A DNA stretch of 64,000 nucleotides, from positions 6,595 to 70,594 of the forward strand of contig CAWCWZ010000051.1 of NCBI GenBank assembly GCA_963799395.1. The letters are read 5' to 3'. Below, one piece after another: positions 1 through 9,738 of this stretch. Below the pieces are notes generated by a model. The model made no database searches and was not told the origin of the DNA. It saw only the letters and a program-made list of their open reading frames with translations. Source of the stretch: an uncultured Actinomycetes bacterium. Lineage in GTDB: Bacteria > Actinomycetota > Thermoleophilia > UBA2241. How positions within the stretch are numbered: position 1 is the stretch's first letter; each line of letters opens with the position of its first letter. A program made the translations under genes and the position numbers.

Positions 1-727
1 AGAGGATGGCGGCGCAGCCCTCGGGCGAGATGACCGAGTAGGTCGCGTTCTCCTGCATCAGGACGCGGTCGGCCACGGCGAAGGCCAGGGCTCCGCCCGA
101 GCCGCCCTCGCCGATCAGCGTGGCCACGACCGGCACGCTCAGCCGGGCCATGGTCAGCATGGTCTCGGCGATCGCCCGCGCCTGGCCGCCCTCCTCGGCC
201 GCGACGCCGGGGTACGCGCCCGGCGTGTCGACGAAGGTGAGCACCGACAGGCGATGCCGCTCGGCCAGAGCGAACAGCCGCTGGGCCTTGCGGTAGCCTT
301 CGGGCTTGGCCATGCCGAAGCTGTGCTCGGTCTGCTCGTCGAGGGTGCGGCCCTTCTGGTGGCCGACCACGACCACGGCGCGACCGTCGAACCAGCCGAG
401 GCCGCCGATCACGGCCCGGTCGTCGGCCCGCAGGCGGTCTCCTTTGAGCTCCTCGAAGCCGTCGATCAGGAACTCGATGTACTCGCTGGTGCGCGGACGA
501 TCCTTGTTGCGCGCGATCTGGACGGTCAGCCAGGTGTCGTGGCGACGGCGCTCATGCCGGCGGCTCTTCAGCAGCCCCTGGAGTCGCTCCGCTTCCTCCG
601 AGAGGTTCACTCCCGGGATTCTTGAAAGCCGCCGCAACTCTTGCAGACGCTGCCCGAGCCAGCCTTCGCGTGCGGCCGCCTCTGGGTCGTGATGCTCCTC
701 GTCGTTCGAGTCCGTCAGGTTGACCAC
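1..727 (-). CDS. accA: acetyl-CoA carboxylase carboxyltransferase alpha subunit, N-terminal ~240 aa; 3' end beyond window
   Basis: Minus-strand translation of 1-330 reads ...GRAVVVVGHQKGRTLDEQTEHSFGMAKPEGYRKAQRLFALAERHRLSVLTFVDTPGAYPGVAAEEGGQARAIAE...GEGGSGGALAFAVADRVLMQENATYSVISPEGCAAIL, colinear with E. coli AccA. It is absent from the ORF track because it runs off the window edge. Candidate GTG start ~727 directly after an in-frame TGA. Confidence 0.8.
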   Translation of the reverse strand, partial: MVNLTDSNDEEHHDPEAAAREGWLGQRLQELRRLSRIPGVNLSEEAERLQGLLKSRRHERRRHDTWLTVQIARNKDRPRTSEYIEFLIDGFEELKGDRLRADDRAVIGGLGWFDGRAVVVVGHQKGRTLDEQTEHSFGMAKPEGYRKAQRLFALAERHRLSVLTFVDTPGAYPGVAAEEGGQARAIAETMLTMARLSVPVVATLIGEGGSGGALAFAVADRVLMQENATYSVISPEGCAAIL

Positions 728-1546
728 CTCCCTTCAGCAGACGGAGGTAGTTGGCCACCTTGCCCTTGAGCTCGGACCGGGGCACGATCGCGTCGAGATG
801 CCCGAGGACCAGGTTGCGCTCGGCGCTGCCGAAGTCGGCCGGCAGCTGCTCGCGCGTCGTCTGCGAGATCACCCGGGGGCCCGAGAAATAGAGCAGGGCG
901 CCGGGTTCGGCCACGCAGATGTCGGCCAGGCTGACGAAGCTCGCCACGACGCCGCCGGTGCAGGGATCGACCATCACCGCCACGAACGGCACGCGGGCGT
1001 CGTTCAAGACGTCGACCGCGCACGTGGTCTTGGCCATCTGCATGAGCGACAGTGCGCCCTCCTGCATACGGGCGCCGCCCGAGCTGGCCACGGCCACGAG
1101 CGGCCGGCCTTCGTCGGCGGCACTGGCCGCCGCGCGCCAGAGCTTCTCGCCCACCACGCTGCCCATGCTGCCGCCCATGAAGCCGAAGTCCATGACGGCC
1201 AGCACGCAGGGAGCCGAGGCGATCGCGGCCGTGCCGGCGACGATCGCCTCGGTCAGCCGGCTTTCGCCCTGAGCTTCGCGGACCCGCTCCGGGTAGGGCT
1301 CGAGGTCGACGAAGCCGAGCGGGTCGAGGGTCCGCAGGTGGCCCCAGTATTCGACGAACGTGCCTTCGTCGGCCAGCTGGGCGATGCGCTCACGGGCGCC
1401 GATGCGCTGGTGAAAGCCGCAGGCGGGACACACCGAGAGGTTCTCTTTGACCGCTGCCGGGTCGTGATCGGAGCGGCACTGGGACAGACCCAGCGGCGCT
1501 CCTGCGGCCCGGTACCGCGCCGGGCGATCTCGACGGTGACGGTCAT
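552..1546 (-). CDS. accD: acetyl-CoA carboxylase carboxyltransferase beta subunit; apparent 1-nt deletion in N-terminal zinc ribbon
   Basis: ORF 552..1433 carries the AccD core (FGFMGGSMGSVVGEKL, SSGGARMQEGALSLMQMAK) and the second CPAC of the Zn ribbon. The first half of the ribbon (MTVTVEIARRGTGPQERRWVCPS) lies in another frame starting at ATG 1546, which overlaps the fabF TGA (ATGA coupling). A Pro/Ala-rich C-terminal tail resembles that of E. coli AccD. Confidence 0.8.
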
Positions 1547-2793
1547 CCGCCGTAGCGCCGGAAGACGAGGGTCGCGTTGTGGCCGCCGAAGCCGAACGAG
1601 TTGGAGGCCGCCACGTTGACCGTGGCCGGGCGCGCCGTGTTCGGCACGTAGTCGAGGTCGCACTCCGGGTCGGGAGTGGCCAGGTTGATGGTCGGCGGGA
1701 TGACGCCGCGGTCGATGGTCAGCACCGAGATGATCGCTTCGAGGGCGCCGGAGCCGCCCAGGCAGTGACCGATCATCGACTTGGTCGAGGAGATCGCCAC
1801 CTTGCGGGCGTTCTCTTCGCCCAGGGCGATCTTGATGACGCGCGTCTCGGCGATGTCGCCGGGCGGCGTGGAGGTGCCGTGGGCGTTGATGTAGTCGATC
1901 TCGGACGGGTCGATCGCGGCCTCGTCGATGGCCATGCGCATGGCGCGGGCCTGGGTCTGCCCGGTCTCGTCGGGCAGCGTCAGGTGGAAGGCGTCGGAGC
2001 TCATGCCGTAGCCGACGAGCTCGCCGTAGATCGTGGCCCCGCGCTGCTCGGCGTGGCCGAGCTCCTCGAGCACGATGATGCCGGCGCCCTCGCCCATGAC
2101 AAAGCCGTCGCGGTCGCGGTCGAACGGCCGGCTGGCCTTTTCGGGCTCGTCGTTGCGGGTCGACAGGGCCCGCATGGCGGCAAAGGCGGTGAGGCCGACG
2201 TTGCAGACCGGCGCCTCGCTACCGCCGGCGAACATCACGTCGGCGGCGCCGCGGCGGATGATCTCGAAGGCGTCGCCGATGCCGTTGGTGCTCGCCGCGC
2301 AGGCCGTGCAGACGGTCGACAGCGGGCCCTTGGTGCCGAGGCCGAGCGAGATCTGGGCGGCGGCCATGTTGGGGATCATCATGGGGATGAACAGGGGGCT
2401 CATGCGATCGTTGCCCTTGGTCCACAGGGTGCGCAGCTGATCCTCGAAGGTGCCCAGGCCGCCCACTCCGCTGGCCACCACGGCGCCGATCCGCTCGGGC
2501 TCCTTGCTCACGTCGAGCTGGGCGTCGTCCTGGGCGAGGATGGCCGCCGCCAGCGCGTACTGGGCGAACGGGTCCATGCGGCGCTGCGTGCGGCGGTCCA
2601 TGTACTCGAGAGGGTCGAAATCGCGCACTTCGGCGGCGATGCGCACGGGCAGCGACGAGGCGTCGAAGTTGTGGATGAGCCCCACCCCGGACTGGCCGGC
2701 GATCAGTCGGCTCCAGAAGCGGTCGATGTCGCAGCCCAGCGGCGACACCACGCCCATGCCGGTGACGACGACTCGTCGGGGATCGTTGCTCAT
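1543..2793 (-). CDS. fabF: beta-ketoacyl-ACP synthase II
   Basis: Intact 416-aa ORF with the KAS-II pattern (Cys-His-His active-site triad; GHCLGGSGALEAI, NSFGFGGHNATLVF). Confidence 0.95.
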   Translation of the reverse strand: MSNDPRRVVVTGMGVVSPLGCDIDRFWSRLIAGQSGVGLIHNFDASSLPVRIAAEVRDFDPLEYMDRRTQRRMDPFAQYALAAAILAQDDAQLDVSKEPERIGAVVASGVGGLGTFEDQLRTLWTKGNDRMSPLFIPMMIPNMAAAQISLGLGTKGPLSTVCTACAASTNGIGDAFEIIRRGAADVMFAGGSEAPVCNVGLTAFAAMRALSTRNDEPEKASRPFDRDRDGFVMGEGAGIIVLEELGHAEQRGATIYGELVGYGMSSDAFHLTLPDETGQTQARAMRMAIDEAAIDPSEIDYINAHGTSTPPGDIAETRVIKIALGEENARKVAISSTKSMIGHCLGGSGALEAIISVLTIDRGVIPPTINLATPDPECDLDYVPNTARPATVNVAASNSFGFGGHNATLVFRRYGG

Positions 2794-2845
2794 GTGGGAT
2801 CGCTCCTCAGAGGATCGGCCGGACCACCGCGGCCTGTCGGTTTCG

Positions 2846-3601
2846 TCAGATGCCGAGGCCGCCGTCGACCGGGAGTATGCACCCGGTAATGTACCGCGAC
2901 AGCGGCGATGCGAGAAACAGCACGGCGTTGGCCACGTCGGACGGCAGGCCGATGCTCTTCAGCGGGGTGTTGTCGACGATGACCTGCTTGACGTCGTCGG
3001 CCAGGGCCTGGGTCATGGCGGTGTCGATGTAGCCGGGGGCCACGGCGTTGACGCGGATGGAGCGCGCCCCGAGCTCTTTGGCGAGCGACTTGGTGAGGCC
3101 GATGATGCCCGCCTTGGCGGCGGCGTAGTTGGCCTGACCGGCGTTGCCGCGGCGCCCGACGACGCTCGAGATGTTGATGATCGAGCCCTCGCGGCGCCGC
3201 AGCATCTTGCGCGCCGCCGTCTTGGAGACCAGGAACGTACCGCGCAGGTGCGTGCGGATGACTGAGTCGAACTCGTCGGGGCTCATCAGCATCACGACGT
3301 TGTCGCGCGTGATGCCGGCGTTGTTGACCACGATGCCGAGCGGACCGAGCTCGGCCTCGACCCGGTCGATGGTCGTGGCGACGCTCTGCTCGTCGCCCAC
3401 GTCGCCCATGACGACGAGGCCCGCGGCGCCCAGCGCCTCGATCTCGGCGACGACGGCCCGACAGGACTCTTCGCCGGCGAAGTCGTTGACGGCGACCGCG
3501 GCGCCGGCCGCGGCCAGCGTCAGCGCGATCTCGCGGCCGATGCCGCGACCGGCGCCGGTCACGAGCGCGATCTTGCCGCTCAAGTCGATGGTCGTGGTCA
3601 T
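2846..3601 (-). CDS. fabG: 3-oxoacyl-ACP reductase
   Basis: Intact 251-aa SDR with TGAGRGIG Rossmann motif, NNAGITRDN, YAAAKAG catalytic motif. Confidence 0.95.
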   Translation of the reverse strand: MTTTIDLSGKIALVTGAGRGIGREIALTLAAAGAAVAVNDFAGEESCRAVVAEIEALGAAGLVVMGDVGDEQSVATTIDRVEAELGPLGIVVNNAGITRDNVVMLMSPDEFDSVIRTHLRGTFLVSKTAARKMLRRREGSIINISSVVGRRGNAGQANYAAAKAGIIGLTKSLAKELGARSIRVNAVAPGYIDTAMTQALADDVKQVIVDNTPLKSIGLPSDVANAVLFLASPLSRYITGCILPVDGGLGI

Positions 3602-4529
3602 CGGTCACTCTCCCCGCCGCTGGCCCAGCCGCCGTCGAGCACCGCCGCGAGCGAATCGACGTCGCCCGCGGTCGCCGTCGCGGCGGAGCCGTCGATACGC
3701 TTGACGAGGCCGGTCAGCACGGCCCCCGGACCGACCTCGAGATACGCATTGTATCCCTCAGCCGCCAGCCGGCGCACCGACTGTTCGAACCGCACCGGCG
3801 ACACGAGCTGGCGTTCGAGCAGCGCCGGAAAGCCGTCGTGCTCGAACTCGACGCTGCAGGTCGAGAAGAAGGCCGGCGCGGGCGCCGACCACGTCGTCGC
3901 CGCGAGGGGCCCGCGCAGGGCTGCGGCCGCCGGCGCGACGAGCGGCGAGTGAAACGCCCCGCTCACCGCGAGACGCACCACACGCCGTGCGCCGGCCGCC
4001 CCGGCGGCCTCTTCGAAGACCGCGAGCGACCGCCGCGCGCAACTCACGACGACCTGTCCCGGACAGTTGTAGTTGGCCGGCCAGACGGCGTCGAGACCGG
4101 CGCACAGCCCGTCGACCACACCGGCCTCGAGCCCGAGGACGGCCACCATGCCGCCGGGGCGCCGCGCGGCGGCGGCGGCCATCGCTTCGCCGCGCGCCTT
4201 GACGAGCGCCAGCGCGTCGCGAAAGGCCAGGGCGCCGGTGGCCACCAGTGCAGAGTACTCGCCCAGGCTGTGGCCGAGCGCCGCGTCGAAGGCCAGAGCC
4301 GCCGTCGCGCAGCAGCCGCAGGACGGCCACGGAGTGCGTGAGCAGCGCCGGCTGGGTGACCTCGGTGCGGGCGAGCTGCTCCGCCGACCCCAGGCGACAG
4401 ACGCCGTGCAGGTCGTAGCCGAGCACGTCGCTCGCCTCGTCGAAGGTGTCGCGGGCGATGGGCGACGCGTCGTAGAGATCGCAGCCCATGCCGGCGGTCT
4501 GCGACCCCTGTCCGGGGAACAGGACGGCG
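3598..4529 (-). CDS. fabD: malonyl-CoA:ACP transacylase; apparent 1-nt insertion between GQGSQ and GHSLGEY motifs
   Basis: N-terminus VIAVLFPGQGSQTAGMGCDLY... is in the frame of ORF 3758..5092. The GHSLGEYSALVATGALAFRDALALVKARG... part is in the frame of ORF 3598..4245, with the switch near 4305-4315. Putative GTG start ~4529 with GGAAG RBS. Confidence 0.85.
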
Positions 4530-4572
4530 ATCACGGGCGCTTCCGGACGGTGGCCGGACAGGAAGGCGGCCC

Positions 4573-5590
4573 TCACAGCTCCCACCTCGTCAGGCAGGAG
4601 CCCCAGGTGAGCCCCGCGCCGAAGCCGACCATGAGAAGGCGGTCGCCCTTCTTCAGGCGGCCCTGCTCCATGGCGTCGTGCAGGCAGAGCGGGATCGAGG
4701 CGCAGGAAGTGTTGCCGAACCGGTCGACGTTGAAGAAGACCTGCTCGTCGCTGAAGCCGAGCTGCGCGGCGACCTTCTCGATGATGCGCAGGTTGGCCTG
4801 GTGGGGCACGAAGAGATCGACCTCGGCTGGCCGCCAGGCCGGCGTCGTCGAGGGTCTTCCGGCACGACTCGACCACCCGGCGCGTGGCGAAGCGGTACAC
4901 CTCGCGACCGTTCATGCGCAGGAAGTGCTCTCGCGCGTCGACGGTCTCGTGGCTGGCCGGCAGCCTGGTGCCGCCGGCCGGCATGTTGAGGAAGGGCGCG
5001 CCGCTGCCGTCGTTGCCGAGGTCGAAGGCGAAGATCGAGCCGTTGTCGCTGGGCCGCACGAGCACGGCGCCGGCGCCGTCGCCGAACAGCACGCAGGTGC
5101 TGCGGTCCTGCCAGTCGAGCGCCTTGGAGACCGGCCTCGGCGCCGGTCACGAGCACGTTGTCGTAGATGCCGGCCGACACGAACGCCGTGGCCGTGGCGA
5201 GACCGTAGACGAACCCGGTGCAGCCCGACTGCACGTCGAAGGCGCCGGCGTTCAGGGCGCCGATGCGCTCGGCGATCACCGACGCCGTGGCCGGGAACAG
5301 CATGTCCGGGACGAGCGAAGTGCTGATCACGAGGTCGATATCCTCGGCGTGGTGACCATTCGTGGCAAGCAGGTCGGCGGCCGCCTCGACGGCGAGGTCG
5401 GAGGTCGCCTGGTCGGGTCGGCAGACGCGCCGTTCGCGGATGCCGGTGCGCGACGAGATCCACTCGTCGGAGGTGTCGATGGCGCGAGAAAGCTCGGCGT
5501 TGGTCAGGACGCGCTCGGGGATCGACACGCCGAGCGCGGCGATCTTCGCTCCGTGGACGAGCCCCCGGCGGAGGCCGATCACCGTTCCTC
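4573..5590 (-). CDS. fabH: beta-ketoacyl-ACP synthase III; two apparent frameshifts
   Basis: Three colinear FabH segments lie in three frames. The first is [23 protein letters not shown]...[14 protein letters not shown]...[15 protein letters not shown]...VLVTGAE. The second is [24 protein letters not shown]...KTLDDAGL. The third is [24 protein letters not shown]...[10 protein letters not shown]. Breaks fall near 5113 and 4835. Confidence 0.85.
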
Positions 5591-6077
5591 TCCCGCGCCG
5601 GGGCTCAGTCGCGCCCGGCCGGACGCCGTCTGCGTCGGCGTCGGTCAGGGCGAACATGAGCTCGCCGCGGCAGGCCGTGTCGCCGGCGACGGTGGCGCTC
5701 ACCTTGCCGCGGCCCACGGCGCTGCGGGCCATCGTGACCTCGACCGTCAGGTCGAGCGTGTCGCCCGGCACGACGACGCGCTTGAACCGCACCTTGTCGA
5801 TGCCGGCGAACAGGATGAGCTTGCCCCTGTTGGCCGGGTGCGAGAGCGCCGTCACGACGCCCGCCTGGGCGAGCGCCTCGACGATCAGGACGCCGGGCAT
5901 GACGGGATTGCCGGGGAAGTGGCCGGCGAACCACCAGTCGTCCGCGCGGACGAGCCGGCGGGCGTGGCAACGCTCGCCCGGGACGAGCTCGACGACACAG
6001 TCGAGCAGCAGGAACGGAGGGCGGTGGGGGATGAGATCCTCGATCTGCTCACGGGTGAGGGAAACGGTGGCGTTCAT
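5585..6077 (-). CDS. fabZ: 3-hydroxyacyl-ACP dehydratase
   Basis: [28 protein letters not shown]...[22 protein letters not shown]... hotdog-fold FabZ. ATG 6077 overlaps the anti-sigma stop (ATGA). The 3' end is unclear because the frame runs into fabH without a stop (see findings). Confidence 0.8.
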
Positions 6078-6475
6078 ACCTTCACCTCGCCCTCGTCGGC
6101 CTTGTGACCGTACTTGCGCTGCAAGCCGATGATCACGGCGGCGACGGCCAGACCGTAGTAGGCGTAGCGCCTGATGCGACGGGGCACGCGACCGGGCAGC
6201 ACGCCGCCGGTCGCGCTCGAGAGAGCGCGCTCCAGAGCCGACGGCTCGGGCTGCGCCTCGAGGGCCGTCATGACGCGGTCGGCAAAGCCGGCCGGCACGT
6301 CGACCGTGACCTCGCGGGTGGCCTGTAGCACGGCGCGCGCCGCCGCGATCCCTTGCAGCTCGGCGGCGCAGTCGCCGCAGAAGCTCAGGTGTCGCTGGAA
6401 CTCGACGACCTGACGGTCGTCGAGCTCGCCGTCGATGTACCGCTGGATGACCTCGCGGCAGGAAACGCAGTCCAT
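6074..6475 (-). CDS. membrane-anchored zinc-finger (zf-HC2) anti-sigma factor
   Basis: CxxC...H...CxxC pattern ([40 protein letters not shown]) and a C-terminal TM ([15 protein letters not shown]). Its start overlaps the sigma stop. Confidence 0.8.
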   Translation of the reverse strand: MDCVSCREVIQRYIDGELDDRQVVEFQRHLSFCGDCAAELQGIAAARAVLQATREVTVDVPAGFADRVMTALEAQPEPSALERALSSATGGVLPGRVPRRIRRYAYYGLAVAAVIIGLQRKYGHKADEGEVKV

Positions 6476-7053
6476 CAGGCCTCCTCGTCGATGCCGCCAC
6501 CGGCCTGCAGACGCAAACGCAGCGAGGTACGGCCGCGATGCACGCAGGCCTTGACCGTGCCGAGCGGCCGGTCGAGGGCGTCCGAGATCTCGCCGTAGCG
6601 CAGCCCGTAGAGGTCGCGCAGGACGAGCGGGAGGCGATAGTCGGGAGGCAGGTCGGCGAGCGCCCTCATGACGCGCGCGTAGCCGTCGCGGCGCAGGACG
6701 TCGGCCACCGGGTCGGCGACCGGCTCGGGCACGTCGGGCAGGGCGCCGTACTTTCGGTAGCGGCGCTGGTAGTCGATGATCGCGTTCATCGCCAGGCGGA
6801 AGAACCAGGTCGTGAACGTCGAGGAACCGCGAAACCCGTCGAGCTTCTGGTGCAGACGCAGGAACGCCTCCTGCGACGCGTCTTCGGCGTCGACGTGATT
6901 GCCCAGCAGGTTGTAGGCCATCGTGTAGACCATGCCCTGGTACCTTTCGACGATCCTCCGGAACGCCTCCCGGTCGCCCGCCGCCGCGGCCGCGATGTCG
7001 TGCGGGCTCGGTTCGGGGAGATCGGTGTGGTCCGGTACGTTAGACGGCGTCAT
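6475..7053 (-). CDS. ECF (sigma-70 family, RpoE-like) sigma factor
   Basis: 192 aa from MTPSNVPD. Region 2 ([37 protein letters not shown]) and region 4 ([41 protein letters not shown]). The ORF-track N-terminal extension looks like non-coding shadow. Confidence 0.85.
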   Translation of the reverse strand: MTPSNVPDHTDLPEPSPHDIAAAAAGDREAFRRIVERYQGMVYTMAYNLLGNHVDAEDASQEAFLRLHQKLDGFRGSSTFTTWFFRLAMNAIIDYQRRYRKYGALPDVPEPVADPVADVLRRDGYARVMRALADLPPDYRLPLVLRDLYGLRYGEISDALDRPLGTVKACVHRGRTSLRLRLQAGGGIDEEA

Positions 7054-7267
7054 CGGGCAAAAGGTTGCAGAGCTTCCTCGACTGATGGGACCGGATGCGT
7101 CCGGCGGCCGCGGGGCGGTCGTCGGGGCGTGGGGCATGAGTGTACACCGCGACGAGGCGGCGCGCGGGATCGCGATCACCCGGCCACCGGTTTGCCACGG
7201 AGCCGCGTACCGGCGCGCGGCTCGCGAAAGAGAGCGACCGACGTGAGCTTCGGGGGGTCGTGCCAGT

Positions 7268-7699
7268 CTACAAGAGCGGCTTGACGAAGACGCGCTGCTC
7301 CTTTTCGAGTTCGAAGCCGCAGCGCCGATAGGCGATGTCGGCCACCTCGCGCTCAAAGCGGGTGCGCACCCGCAGAAGGTCCACGCCGCGCTCCCGCGCC
7401 CAGCGTCCAACGGCTTCAATCAGCAGGCGGGCCGCGCCTCGGCGCCGGGCGGTCGCCGCGACGATCAGCCCGCCGAGCTCGACGTAGCGCTCGCTCACGA
7501 GGAGCTGCTTCTCGGCCCCGTGGATGAAGCCGACGACAGCGCCCCCGACCGTCTCGGCGACGAAGACGACGTCGCCGTCGCTGCCCAGCACCGCGCTCAG
7601 GCGCGGTTCGATCAGCGCGGTGTCGGTCGGGTACCCGAGCTCGGTCGCGAGGGCGGCGAGGGCGGGCGCGTCGCCCGCCCTCGCCGCCCGCACCGTCAC
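7268..7699 (-). CDS. GNAT family N-acetyltransferase
   Basis: C-terminal 143 aa of ORF 7268..8005 contain a GNAT fold (VGFIHGAEKQLL...ELGGLIVAATARRRGAARLLIEAV...RCGFE). Start GTG ~7699 or ~7693. Confidence 0.75.
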   Translation of the reverse strand: MTVRAARAGDAPALAALATELGYPTDTALIEPRLSAVLGSDGDVVFVAETVGGAVVGFIHGAEKQLLVSERYVELGGLIVAATARRRGAARLLIEAVGRWARERGVDLLRVRTRFEREVADIAYRRCGFELEKEQRVFVKPLL

Positions 7700-7763
7700 G
7701 CTCTCGCGATCTCCGCCAGTCCCGGGCGCGTCGCCGGCGCCGTTTGGCCGCTTCGTCGTCACG

Positions 7764-8640
7764 TCACGACCTCCCGTGCCCGTGCTGGTGCTCCGGCTCG
7801 TCCTCGGCGTGGCGCTCCTTGCCCGGCGGGTGCGCGTGCGGGTGCGAGTGCAGCAATGCGCCGTGGTGGTGGACGTGCTCGTGGATGAGATTGACCGAGA
7901 GCAGCATGTCGCGGTCGGCGAGCACGTCGCCGAGCGGTCCGTCGGCCGCCGGGCGGTGGTCCTCGCCCAAGACCACCGCCCTGTCGACCAGCCGCTCGAG
8001 GACATCGAGCTGGTGGGTGGCCACGACGATCGTCTTGCCGGCGCCGTGGAACTGCTCGAGCAGCTCTATCAGCCACTCCTGGGTGCGCGGATCGAGACTG
8101 TTGGTGGGCTCGTCGAGCATCAGCACCTCGGGGTTGATCGACAGCACCGAGGCCAGGGCGACCTTCTTCTTCTCGCCGCCGCTCAGATTGTACGGCGCCC
8201 GCTCGGCGAGCGCGGCAAGGCCGAGCATGGCCAGCGTGTCGTCGACGCGCGCCAGGATCTCCTCGCGCGGCAGATCGAGGTGCAGCGGCCCAAAAGCGAT
8301 TTCGTCGCGCACGGTGGGGTTGAAGAGCTGGGCGTCGGCGCTCTGAAAGACCATGCCGACACGGCGGCGAAAGCGCTGGGCCGTCGCTTCGTCTTTGAGG
8401 GCGCCGTCGTCGATGCGCACGCCGAAGGCCTCGACCGTGCCCTGCGTCGGCGGGGCGAGACCGGCCAGGACCTTGAGCAGGGTGGACTTGCCGGAGCCGT
8501 TGGCGCCGAGAATGGCGAGGCGCTCGCCGCGGTCGATCGCAAGATCGACCGCGGCGAGCGCCTCGACCCCCGGGGCGTACTCGTAGCCCACGCCGGCCAA
8601 GCGAAACAGGACGCCGGCGGGTTCGCGCCCGTCGTCGGGG
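7764..8640 (-). CDS. cbiO: ECF-type Ni/Co transporter ATPase with His-rich C-terminal tail
   Basis: Walker A GANGSGKST, signature LSGGEKKKVALASVL, Walker B LMLDEP, and tail HEHVHHHGALLHSHPHAHPPGKERHAEDEPEHQHGHG. It lies in the same frame as the end of the upstream T-component, so the 5' boundary is approximate. Confidence 0.8.
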
Positions 8641-9560
8641 CGGGTAGTCTCGCGCTCGGGCGCCGCGTCGTCGCGATCGCCGCCGTCGCGTGGCGTGCCG
8701 CACAGCGGCGCAACGGACGGTCCGGCCATCAGCGCGCCGCCCGCGGTGAGCTCGAACCAGACCAGGGCGACGAGTCCCACGGCCACGACGGCGCTCCAGA
8801 TGTAGTCGAGCCGCTGCAGACGCCAGGTGCTGAGCGTGCGGGCCTCGCCGGTATAGCCACGCGAGATCATCGCCAGGTAGACCTGTTCGCTCGTCGCCTG
8901 CGACTTGCCGAACGCGGCCGCCACGGTGGCCCCCAGGAAATGGCGGTCTTCGCCGCTCGACGACGCGGCCGACCAGCCGGCTCGTGCGGGCGACCGCCAT
9001 GTCCTGGACGAGGCTGACGAGCGTGAAGACGTAGCGATAGGCGACCACCAGCACAAAGGCAAAGCCACGCGGCACGCCCACGGCGCGTATCGCCTTGAGC
9101 AGCTCGGACCAGGGAGTCGTGAGGGTGAGCAGCACGCAAAGCGAGACCACCGTCGTGACCCGCAGCACGAGGCGGGAAAAGGCGAACAGGCCCGACGCGG
9201 TGACCGCGAGCCTGCCCGGCAGCGGCCAGAAGGGGGCGCCGTGTGACCACAGCGTCAGCACGGCGTGCCCGGGTGTGACGATGTTGAAGATCGGCCGGCG
9301 CCATGATCAGCCGCGGTGAAGAGCGGAATGAACAGCCAGGCGCGGACGGCGAACCGTCGCAGGCCGATACACGAGGCCGGTACGAGGGCCACCGCCAGCG
9401 CGAGCAGCACGAGCAGCACGGTCATCCGCGTGGCGAGGGCGGCGACCACGACCAGCGCCAGCAGGCTGACGAGCTTGACCCGCGGGTCGAGGCGTTGCAG
9501 CAGCCGGGACGACGAGCGAGCTCGTCGGCGACCATGGCGCGCTCGACCCAGGCAGCCAGC
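8640..9560 (-). CDS. cbiQ: ECF transporter transmembrane (T) component CbiQ/NikQ; at least two apparent frameshifts
   Basis: N-terminal segment LLQRLDPRVKLVSLLALVVVAALATRMTVLLVLLALAV is in the frame of ORF 9255..9731. Middle segment LLTLTTPWSELLKAIRAVGVPRGFAFVLVVAYRYVFTLVSLVQDMAVARTSRL is in the frame of ORF 7759..9261. C-terminal segment ATSEQVYLAMISRGYTGEARTL is in the frame of ORF 7764..9068. Confidence 0.7.
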
Positions 9561-9738
9561 GTGCCGAGCAGCCGGTCGGTGAACAGGCGCCGGGAGCGGC
9601 GCGGACGGGCCGGCCGCGCCGGCCCGTCCGCGCCGCTCGCCGGCGCGAGCAGCCAAGCCGGCGCCTCGTCGCCCGGACGGAGTGGGTCGCCGGCCGCAGG
9701 CGCGTGCGGCATCGGGCACGAGGCGACTCACTGTGCGG

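Noticed and set aside
1579-2889. Long plus-strand ORF (436 aa) antisense to fabF and fabG. Similar shadow ORFs occur at 4073..5326 +, 4884..6107 +, 16398..17300 -, 30505..32367 -, 32364..33887 -, 36073..38301 +, 41705..43171 -, 45210..46748 +, 47716..48807 + and 52253..53737 +
   Set aside because: These are Arg/Ala/Gly/Pro-rich low-complexity translations lying opposite well-supported genes. They are typical high-GC shadow ORFs.
9422-9712. ORF 9422..9712 as an independent gene
   Set aside because: Its product continues colinearly into the CbiQ N-terminus in the adjacent frame. It is treated as the frame-shifted 5' part of cbiQ.
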